Shown here: positions 52,377-62,719 of the stretch, in pieces
Layout: each line of letters opens with the position of its first letter
Position numbering within the stretch: position 1 is the first letter of the stretch
Source of the DNA: Mobula hypostoma
Lineage: Eukaryota
Direction of reading: 5' to 3'
Length of the DNA stretch: 64,000 nucleotides
NCBI RefSeq assembly: GCF_963921235.1
Contig: NW_026948219.1
Location: 806,001 to 870,000, forward strand
Position numbers and translations under genes: made by a program
Notes under the pieces: generated by a model
The model's database searches: none
What the model was told of the DNA's origin: nothing
The model's input: only the letters and a program-made list of their open reading frames with translations

Positions 52377-52591
52377 CCAGGGGTGATTGATAGGTTCGTG
52401 GCCTAAGGTGGAAGGAGTCAATTTTAGAAAACCTGTCAATTTTCAATTATCTGAAACAGAAATACCACAAAAGTTATTAACTTCAAACTTTCTGCATGAT
52501 CACTCACAGAGTGGAACTACACGTACATGTAACGAGAGCTGTAAACTTCAGGCCTTCTAACTTAGGTCACGAACTTATCAATCACCCCTCG
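52377..52591. mobile_element. Tc1/mariner-type MITE
   Basis: TA-CCAGGGGTGATTGATAGGTTCGTGGCCTAAGGTGGAAGG and CCTTCTAACTTAGGTCACGAACTTATCAATCACCCCTCG form ~40-bp TIRs. Confidence 0.75.
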
Positions 52592-52639
52592 TCCAGCTCC
52601 AGCACCTAAAAGATTGTCACTGCACCCCTGCTCCAGCCG

Positions 52640-52790
52640 TCAGACAGAGCCCGGGCCCGGGACTTTCCCGATCCATCGGCCCCGATTCACACAAACCCGA
52701 GATTTGTTTCCACTCACCGCCGCCCGAACCGGAGACCCGCCAACGGCAGCGGCATTCGGCACTGCGCATGCGTTTAGCAGGATGTTCGCG
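52640..52790 (-). promoter_or_regulatory. CpG-rich putative promoter/first exon of the minus-strand ZNF gene
   Basis: CpG-rich; NRF1-type TGCGCATGCG at 52763-52772; minus-strand donor CG|GTGAGT at 52718/52717. Confidence 0.5.
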
Positions 52791-52981
52791 GCAGCGCCAC
52801 CAGTGACCGGAGGACCATGCAGCGCCACCAGTGCCCGGAGGACCATGCAGCGCCACCAGTGCCCGGAGGTCCATGCAGCGCCACCAGTGGCCGGAGGACC
52901 ATGCAGCGCCACCAGTGGCCGGAGGTCCATGCAGCGCCACCAGTGGCCGGAGGACCATGCAGCGCCACCAGTGGCCGGAGG
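52791..52981. repeat. 28-bp GC-rich minisatellite (~7 copies)
   Basis: Unit GCAGCGCCACCAGTGGCCGGAGGACCAT. Confidence 0.92.
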
Positions 52982-52999
52982 CCGGAGGGACAACGGAGA

Positions 53000-54100
53000 G
53001 GTAAATCACAAACACGACGAAGTCTGCAGACGCTGGAAATCCAAAGCAACACAAACAAAATACTGGCGGAACTCAGCAGGCCGGGCAGCATCTATCGAAA
53101 AGAGTCAACAGTCGACGTTTCCAGTTGAACCCTCCTTCAGGACTGAGATGAAATGGGGGAAATATCTGAATAAGATCGGGTCGGGCGAGGAAATGTCTCG
53201 CTGGAAGATGATAGGTGAAGTCAGGTAGGTGGGAAAGCGGAAGAGCTGAAGAAAATAGAATCTAATAGGAGAGGAGAGTGGAAAATATGAGAAAGGGATG
53301 GAGCAGTGGACCCAGAGAGAAGAGGTAAGCAGGTGAGAGGATGTGAAAAGTTAGAGAGGAAGAGAAGGAGTGGGAGGGAGGGGCGAGGGGGGAATTTGTT
53401 CACCAGAAGAAGAAATCGATAATCATACCATCAGGTTGGGGAGGGGGTACTCAGACGGAATATAAGGTACTGATCCTGGACCCTGAGGGTGGCTCATCTT
53501 GGCAGAAGAGGAGGTGATGGGTTGACATGTCGGAACAGGAATGGGAATAGGAATGAAAATGTTTGGACACCGGGAAGTCCCACTTGGAGCCCATAGTTCA
53601 AACGTTAATTTATTATTAAGCAGGTATCCGTAAACAACTCGAGATTCTTTTCTTCTCCAGAGAGCCGCAAAACAAAGAAAGAACATGAAAGTCGTTCAGA
53701 GAGAAAAAACAAACTCCCACCCCACCCCCACATCAAAAACAAACGGCATCCCGATTATCAACCCCAAAAACCCACCCCTCCCGCACAAAAGGGAACAATA
53801 ACATCGACCCCCCCCCCACAAAAAACACAACCCGACCCCGCACAACTGCGGAGGATCTGGTGAAGAAAATAGAATCTAATAGGAGAGGAGAGTGGAGAAT
53901 AGGAGAAAGGGATGGAGCAGTGGACCCAGAGAGAAGAGATCAGCAGGTGAGAGGATGTGAAAAGTCAGAGAGGAAGAGAGGGAGTGGGAGGGAGGGGTGA
54001 GGGGGAGATTTGTTCACCAGACGGAGAAATCGATATTCATACCATCAGGTTGGGGGGGGGGGCAGTCAGACGGAATATAAGGTGCTGATCCTGGACCCTG
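53000..54100 (-). mobile_element. Degenerate Penelope 3' fragments with an internal ~240-bp duplication
   Basis: Decayed pLTR/hammerhead at ~53110-53145; CATACCATCAGGTTGG...CAGACGGAATATAAGG (GIY-YIG C-terminus) occurs twice. Confidence 0.65.
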
Positions 54101-54429
54101 AATGATCCCCTGACTCTGAGAGGAAGGGGTGTCTATGGTCCACATTGTCAGGGTGTTGAGTTTACCAGGAGACAGAGACTGCAGGGACGGGAGGTTTTCT
54201 GTTGACTAATACACTGTGTGTGGACCCCGCTGGCAATTCTGGTGCTGTGACCCGAATGGAGACAAACACCACGCTGCCCACTCCACCAACAACACGGCAC
54301 AGCCGGACACATAACAGGGGACTTTACATCTCACAACACTGGATTCAGTGATGAAACCCGGGATTAATGTTGTTGTCCCACTGAAATCATCAGAAACGTC
54401 CATTCAGGTGTTTTTAAATACCAGCGCTC

Positions 54430-54745
54430 CCCCACAGGTGACGTCACACATGTGCACGCACGCGCCTGACGTCACAAATGGGTTCCCCACACCGGGATCT
54501 GTCCTCACCTGCGCCGTGTCTTACGTCACCCGCACGCTGGAGAGCTCGAGCTTTGTCGGTTTAACGACTGGCCTACGAATCGCGTGACCAGCCCCTCCCC
54601 CACCGCTGTCAACAGAGGAGTCAGAGGCTGCGCTATTCCCATTGGTGCGAAGCGATGTCAATCACTGGTTACAACCAATAGCCGAGGCGGACCAGCCGTG
54701 AGGGCGTTACCCCGCCCCGGCGTCGATCTCTCCGTCAAAGCGGAA
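54430..54745. promoter_or_regulatory. CpG-rich promoter-like element
   Basis: Two perfect CRE sites TGACGTCA (54439, 54467), CCAAT boxes (54641 reverse, 54675), GC box CCCCGCCCC (54710); candidate plus-strand donor GAG|GTGAGT near 54867. Confidence 0.6.
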
Positions 54746-54876
54746 CAAATCCCAAAGTAAATGTCCGCTTTCTGATTTATTTCCATTTCCCTCCGAGGGA
54801 ACAAAATCTTTTACATCAGCGGTTGAGAAAATCACCTTTGTTCTACCTCCATGTGAGATGAAGAGAGGTGAGTTAC

Positions 54877-54954
54877 TAACAGAGAGAGACAAAAGGTAAA
54901 ATACCTATTGGGCGCCCGGTCGGTCTCCGCAGTCCCCAGAGTGGTGCAGACACT
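54877..54954 (-). mobile_element. ERV leader remnant continuing from the array
   Basis: Reverse complement matches 38875-38955 (GTGTCTG.ACCACTCTGGGGACTGCGGAGAC...CCCAATAGGTATTTTACCTTTTGTC). Confidence 0.85.
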
Positions 54955-57900
54955 AACTCAGTCTGTCTGCTTGACTCTCCCTGTACTGGGATCCTGTTCA
55001 TGATGCCAAATGTTAACATTGTATCTGAATAAAACTCAGTCTGTCTGCTTGACTCTCCCTGTACTGGGATCCTGTTCATGATGCCAAATGTTAACATTGA
55101 ATCTGAATAAAACTCAGTCTGTCTGCTTGGCTCTCCCTGTACTGGGATCCTGTTCATGATGCCAAATGTTAACATTAAATCTGAATAAAACTCAGTCTGT
55201 CTGCTTGGCTCTCCCTGTACTGGGATCCTGTTCATAACGCCAAATGTTAACATTGAATCTGAATAAAACTCAGTCTGTCTGCTTGGCTCTCCCTGTACTG
55301 GGATCCTGTTCATAACGCCAAATGTTAACATTGAATCTGAATAAAACTCAGTCTGTCTGCTTGGCTCTCCCTGTACTGGGATCCTGTTCATAACGCCAAA
55401 TGTTAACATTGAATCTGAATAAAACTCAGTCTGTCTGCTTGGCTCTCCCTGTCTGGGATCCTGTTCATAACGCCAAATGTTAACATTGAATCTGAATAAA
55501 ACTCAGTCTGTCTGCTTGGCTCTCCCTGTACTGGGATCCTGTTCATAACGCCAAATGTTAACATTAAATCTGAATAAAACTCAGTCTGTCTGCTTGACTC
55601 TCCCTGTACTGGGATCCTGTTCATAACGCCAAATGTTAACATTAAATCTGAATAAAACTCAGTCTGTCTGCTTGACTCTCCCTGTACTGGGATCCTGTTC
55701 ATAACGCCAAATGTTAACATTAAATCTGAATAAAACTCAGTCTGTCTGCTTGGCTCTCCCTGTACTGGGATCCTGTTCATAACGCCAAATGTTAACATTG
55801 AATCTGAATAAAACTCAGTCTGTCTGCTTGGCTCTCCCTGTACTGGGATCCTGTTCATAACGCCAAATGTTAACATTGAATCTGAATAAAACTCAGTCTG
55901 TCTGCTTGACTCTCCCTGTACTGGGATCCTGTTCATAACGCCAAATGTTAACATTGAATCTGAATAAAACTCAGTCTGTCTGCTTGGCTCTCCCTGTACT
56001 GGGATCCTGTTCATAACGCCAAATGTTAACATTGTATCTGAATAAAACTCAGTCTGTCTGCTTGGCTCTCCCTGTACTGGGATCCTGTTCATAATGCCAA
56101 ATGTTAACATTGAATCTGAATAAAACTCAGTCTGTCTGCTTGACTCTCCCTGTACTGGGATCCTGTTCATGACGCCAAATGTTAACATTGAATCTGAATA
56201 GAACTCAGTCTGTCTGCTTGACTCTCCCTGTACTGGGATCCTGTTCATAACGCCAAATGTTAACAATGTATCTGAATAAAACTCAGTCTGTCTGCTTGGC
56301 TCTCCCTGTACTGGGATCCTGTTCATAATGCCAAATGTTAGCATTGAATCTGAATAAAACTCAGTCTGTCTGCTTGGCTCTCCCTGTACTGGGATCCTGC
56401 TCATAACGCCAAATGTTAACATTGAATCTGAATAAAACTCAGTCTGTCTGCTTGACTCTCCCTGTACTGGGATCCTGCTCATAACGCCAAATGTTAACAT
56501 TGAATCTGAATAAAACTCAGTCTGTCTGCTTGACTCTCCCTGTACTGGGATCCTGTTCATAACGCCAAATGTTAACATTGAATCTGAATAAAACTCAGTC
56601 TGTCTGCTTGACTCTCCCTGTACTGGGATCCTGTTCATAACGCCAAATGTTAACATTGAATCTGAATAAAACTCAGTCTGTCTGCTTGGCTCTCCCTGTA
56701 CTGGGATCCTGTTCATAATGCCAAATGTTAACATTGAATCTGAATAAAACTCAGTCTGTCTGCTTGACTCTCCCTGTACTGGGATCCTGTTCATGATGCC
56801 AAATGTTAACATTGAATCTGAATAAAACTCAGTCTGTCTGCTTGACTCTCCCTGTACTGGGATCCTGTTCATGATGCCAAATGTTAACATTGAATCTGAA
56901 TAAAACTCAGTCTGTCTGCTTGGCTCTCCCTGTACTGGGATCCTGTTCATAATGCCAAATGTTAACATTGAATCTGAATAAAACTCAGTCTGTCTGCTTG
57001 ACTCTCCCTGTACTGGGATCCTGTTCATAACGCCAAATGTTAACATTGAATCTGAATAAAACTCAGTCTGTCTGCTTGACTCTCCCTGTACTGGGATCCT
57101 GTTCATAACGCCAAATGTTAACATTAAATCTGAATAAAACTCAGTCTGTCTGCTTGGCTCTCCCTGTACTGGGATCCTGTTCATGATGCCAAATGTTAAC
57201 ATTGAATCTGAATAAAACTCAGTCTGTCTGCTTGGCTCTCCCTGTACTGGGATCCTGTTCATAATGCCAAATGTTAACATTGAATCTGAATAAAACTCAG
57301 TCTGTCTGCTTGGCTCTCCCTGTACTGGGATCCTGTTCATAACGCCAAATGTTAACATTGAATCTGAATAAAACTCAGTCTGTCTGCTTGACTCTCCCTG
57401 TACTGGGATCCTGTTCATAACGCCAAATGTTAACATTGCATCTGAATAAAACTCAGTCTGTCTGCTTGGCTCTCCCTGTACTGGGATCCTGTTCATAACG
57501 CCAAATGTTAACATTGAATCTGAATAAAACTCAGTCTGTCTGCTTGGCTCTCCCTGTACTGGGATCCTGTTCATAACGCCAAATGTTAACATTGAATCTG
57601 AATAAAACTCAGTCTGTCTGCTTGGCTCTCCCTGTACTGGGATCCTGTTCATAACGCCAAATGTTAACATTGAATCTGAATAAAACTCAGTCTGTCTGCT
57701 TGGCTCTCCCTGTACTGGGATCCTGTTCATAACGCCAAATGTTAACATTGAATCTGAATAAAACTCAGTCTGTCTGCTTGGCTCTCCCTGTACTGGGATC
57801 CTGTTCATAACGCCAAATGTTAACATTGAATCTGAATAAAACTCAGTCTGTCTGCTTGGCTCTCCCTGTACTGGGATCCTGTTCATAACGCCAAATGTTA

Positions 57901-60900
57901 ACATTGAATCTGAATAAAACTCAGTCTGTCTGCTTGGCTCTCCCTGTACTGGGATCCTGTTCATAATGCCAAATGTTAACATTGAATCTGAATAAAACTC
58001 AGTCTGTCTGCTTGGCTCTCCCTGTACTGGGATCCTGTTCATAACGCCAAATGTTAACATTGAATCTGAATAAAACTCAGTCTGTCTGCTTGACTCTCCC
58101 TGTACTGGGATCCTGTTCATAACGCCAAATGTTAACATTAAATCTGAATAAAACTCAGTCTGTCTGCTTGGCTCTCCCTGTACTGGGATCCTGTTCATAA
58201 CGCCAAATGTTAACATTGAATCTGAATAAAACTCAGTCTGTCTGCTTGGCTCTCCCTGTACTGGGATCCTGTTCATGATGCCAAATGTTAACATTGAATC
58301 TGAATAAAACTCAGTCTGTCTGCTTGGCTCTCACTGTACTGGGATCCTGTTCATAACGCCAAATGTTAACATTGAATCTGAATAAAACTCAGTCTGTCTG
58401 CTTGACTCTCCCTGTACTGGGATCCTGTTCATAACGCCAAATGTTAACATTGCATCTGAATAAAACTCAGTCTGTCTGCTTGGCTCTCCCTGTACTGGGA
58501 TCCTGTTCATAACGCCAAATGTTAACATTGAATCTGAATAAAACTCAGTCTGTCTGCTTGGCTCTCCCTGTACTGGGATCCTGTTCGTAACGCCAAATGT
58601 TAACATTGAATCTGAATAAAACTCAGTCTGTCTGCTTGACTCTCCCTGTACTGGGATCCTGTTCGTAACGCCAAATGTTAACATTGAATCTGAATAAAAC
58701 TCAGTCCGTCTGCTTGGCTCTCCCTGTACTGGGATCCTGTTCATAACGCCAAATGTTAACATTGAATCTGAATAAAACTCAGTCCGTCTGCTTGGCTCTC
58801 CCTGTACTGGGATCCTGTTCATGACGCCAAATGTTAACATTGAATCTGAATAAAACTCAGTCTGTCTGCTTGGCTCTCCCGATACTGGGATCCTGTTCAT
58901 AACGCCAAATGTTAACATTGAATCTGAATAAAACTCAGTCTGTCTGCTTGGCTCTCCCTGTACTGGGATCCTGTTCATAACGCCAAATGTTAACATTGAA
59001 TCTGAATAAAACTCAGTCTGTCTGCTTGGCTCTCCCTGTACTGGGATCCTGTTCATAACGCCAAATGTTAACATTGTATCTGAATAAAACTCAGTCTGTC
59101 TGCTTGGCTCTCCCTGTACTGGGATCCTGTTCATAACGCCAAATGTTAACATTGAATCTGAATAAAACTCAGTCTGTCTGCTTGGCTCCCCCTGTACTGG
59201 GATCCTGTTCATAACGCCAAATGTTAACATTGTATCTGAATAAAACTCAGTCTGTCTGCTTGGCTCTCCCTGTACTGGGATCCTGTTCATAACGCCAAAT
59301 GTTAACATTGTATCTGAATAAAACTCAGTCTGTCTGCTTGGCTCTCCCTGTACTGGGATCCTGTTCATAACACCAAATGTTAGCATTGAATCTGAATAAA
59401 ACTCAGTCTGTCTGCTTGGCTCTCCCTGTACTGGGATCCTGTTCATAACGCCAAATGTTAACATTGTATCTGAATAAAACTCAGTCTGTCTGCTTGGCTC
59501 TCCCTGTACTGGGATCCTGTTCATAACGCCAAATGTTAACATTGTATCTGAATAAAACTCAGTCTGTCTGCTTGGCTCTCCCTGTACTGGGATCCTGTTC
59601 ATGACGCCAAATGTTGACATTGTATCTGAATAAAACTCAGTCTGTCTGCTTGGCTCTCCCTGTACTGGGATCCTGTTCATGATGCCAAATGTTAACATTG
59701 TATCTGAATAAAACTCAGTCTGTCTGCTTGGCTCTCCCTGTACTGGGATCCTGTTCATAACGCCAAATGTTAACAATGTATCTGAATAAAACTCAGTCTG
59801 TCTGCTTGGCTCTCCCTGTACTGGGATCCTGTTCATAACGCCAAATGTTAACATTGTATCTGAATAAAACTCAGTCTGTCTGCTTGACTCTCCCTGTACT
59901 GGGATCCTGTTCATGATGCCAAATGTTAACATTGTATCTGAATAAAACTCAGTCTGTCTGCTTGGCTCTCCCTGTACTGGGATCCTGTTCATGATGCCAA
60001 ATGTTAACATTGTATCTGAATAAAACTCAGTCTGTCTGCTTGACTCTCCCTGTACTGGGATCCTGTTCATAATGCCAAATGTTAACATTGTATCTGAATA
60101 AAACTCAGTCTGTCTGCTTGGCTCTCCCTGTACTGGGATCCTGTTCATAACGCCAAATGTTAACATTGAATCTGAATAAAACTCAGTCTGTCTGCTTGGC
60201 TCTCCCTGTACTGGGATCCTGTTCATAACGCCAAATGTTAACATTGTATCTGAATAAAACTCAGTCTGTCTGCTTGGCTCTCCATGTACTGGGATCCTGT
60301 TCATGATGCCAAATGTTAACATTGTATCTGAATAAAACTCAGTCTGTCTGCTTGACTCTCCCTGTACTGGGATCCTGTTCATAACGCCAAATGTTAACAT
60401 TGAATCTGAATAAAACTCAGTCTGTCTGCTTGGCTCTCCCTGTACTGGGATCCTGTTCATAACGCCAAATGTTAACATTGAATCTGAATAAAACTCAATC
60501 TGTCTGCTTGACTCTCCCTGTACTGGGATCCTGTTCATTACGCCAAATGTTAACATTGTATCTGAATAAAACTCAGTCTGTCTGCTTGGCTCTCCCTGTA
60601 CTGGGATCCTGTTCATAACGCCAAATGTTAACATTGAATCTGAATAAAACTCAGTCTGTCTGCTTGGCTCTCCCTGTACTGGGATCCTGTTCATAACGCC
60701 AAATGTTAACATTGAATCTGAATAAAACTCAGTCTGTCTGCTTGGCTCTCCCGATACTGGGATCCTGTTCATAACACCAAATGTTAACATTGTATCTGAA
60801 TAAAACTCAGTCTGTCTGCTTGGCTCTCCCTGTACTGGGATCCTGTTCATAACGCCAAATGTTAACATTGTATCTGAATAAAACTCAGTCTGTCTGCTTG

Positions 60901-62288
60901 GCTCTCCCTGTACTGGGATCCTGTTCATGATGCCAAATGTTAACATTGTATCTGAATAAAACTCAGTCTGTCTGCTTGACTCTCCCTGTACTGGGATCCT
61001 GTTCATGATGCCAAATGTTAGCATTGAATCTGAATAAAACTCAGTCTGTCTGCTTGGCTCTCCCTGTACTTGGATCCTGTTCATAACGCCAAATGTTAGC
61101 AATGTATCTGAATAAAACTCAGTCTGTCTGCTTGACTCTCCCTGTACTGGGATCCTGTTCATGATGCCAAATGTTAGCATTGAATCTGAATAAAACTCAG
61201 TCTGTCTGCTTGACTCTCCCTGTACTGGGATCCTGTTCATAACGCCAAATGTTAACATTGAATCTGAATAAAACTCAGTCTGTCTGCTTGACTCTCCCTG
61301 TACTGGGATCCTGTTCATGATGCCAAATGTTAACATTGAATCTGAATAAAACTCAGTCTGTCTGCTTGGCTCCCCCTGTACTGGGATCCTGTTCATAACG
61401 CCAAATGTTAAAGTTGTATCTGAATAAAACTCAGTCTGTCTGCTTGGCTCTCCCTGTACTGGGATCCTGTTCATGATGCCAAATGTTAACATTGAATCTG
61501 AATAAAACTCAGTCTGTCTGCTTGACTCTCCCTGTACTGGGATCCTGTTCATAACGCCAAATGTTAACATTGTATCTGAATAAAACTCAGTCTGTCTGCT
61601 TGACTCTCCCTGTACTGGGATCCTGTTCATAACGCCAAATGTTAACATTGAATCTGAATAAAACTCAGTCTGTCTGCTTGGCTCTCCCTGTACTGGGATC
61701 CTGTTCATGATGCCAAATGTTAACATTGAATCTGAATAAAACTCAGTCTGTCTGCTTGACTCTCCCTGTACTGGGATCCTGTTCATAACGCCAAATGTTA
61801 ACATTGAATCTGAATAAAACTCAGTCTGTCTGCTTGGCTCTCCCGATACTGGGATACTGTTCATAACGCCAAATGTTAACATTGTATCTGAATAAAACTC
61901 AGTCTGTCTGCTTGGCTCTCCCTGTACTGGGATCCTGTTCATAACGCCAAATGTTAACATTGAATCTGAATAAAACTCAGTCTGTCTGCTTGGCTCTCCC
62001 TATACTGGGATCCTGTTCATAACGCCAAATGTTAACATTAAATCTGAATAAAACTCAGTCTGTCTGCTTGGCTCTCCCTGTACTGGGATCCTGTTCATAA
62101 CGCCAAATGTTAAAGTTGTATCTGAATAAAACTCAGTCTGTCTGCTTGACTCTCCCTGTACTGGGATCCTGTTCATAACGCCAAATGTTAAAGTTGTATC
62201 TGAATAAAAGTCAGTCTGTCTGCTTGACTCTCCCTGTACTGGGATCCTGTTCGTGATGCCAAATGTTAAAGTTGTATCTGAATAAAAC
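54955..62288 (-). repeat. 94 x 78-bp tandem array of ERV U5 end + tRNA-Ser PBS + leader
   Basis: Unit (minus strand) TTTTATTCAGATTCAATGTTAACA-TT-TGGCGTTATGAACAGGAT-CCCAGTACAGGGAGAGCCAAGCAGACAGACTGAG aligns with 38795-38872. The span equals 94 x 78 minus a single 1-bp deletion near 55452. Confidence 0.95.
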
Positions 62289-62700
62289 ACGGGAGACCAG
62301 CTTCTTATCGTCCCCACAGTTTATTGTACATTCTCCTGCAGGAGTTTGAGACCCAGTTGTCAAAGGGAAGGCACGTAAACACTGCCACCATCTGACAAGT
62401 GGACTGACTTAGTCAGGTTACAGCCGTATATTAATACACAGTAAGCCCCATAGATTACTATTGCAAGATGTTATTTGAACTGGTACGCCCATCAAGTCTG
62501 TTGGTGCAAAACTTAATTACTTAGATAAGAGAGTTCAAAAAATGAAGGTTTAAATTACAGATGGATGTGCTGTCCAGTCCTTATCAGTTATTCCCTTTGC
62601 AAGGCCCTGATTTAATTGCAGAGAGATGTTCATTCCTGTCCTTATCGGCGAGTCCTCCTCCCTTTACTCGATCGAGGGTACAAAGTATAATGTTATCAAC
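62264..62700 (-). mobile_element. ERV LTR (inverted paralog of ~38380-38818), 5'-truncated
   Basis: Continuous reverse-complement similarity, e.g. GAGACCAGCTTCTTATCGTC and CCATCAAGTCTGTTGGTGCAAAACTTAATTACTTAGATAAGA. Confidence 0.9.
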
Positions 62701-62719
62701 TACTGAGAGTACAATGTAT

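Noticed and set aside
52614-53228. Several overlapping ORFs over the GC-rich region
   Set aside because: Explained by the GC-rich 28-bp repeat and a Penelope pLTR; no recognisable domain.
54955-62288. CRISPR-like array
   Set aside because: No unique spacers, no cas genes, and a eukaryotic context.
54876-62317. 963-aa and 1209-aa ORFs of 26-aa repeats (MLTFGVMNRIPVQGEPSRQTEFYSDS) as a repetitive protein gene
   Set aside because: The unit derives from non-coding LTR/PBS/leader DNA. 78 is divisible by 3, so one stop-free frame propagates automatically. The frame is broken by two stops and a 1-bp deletion.
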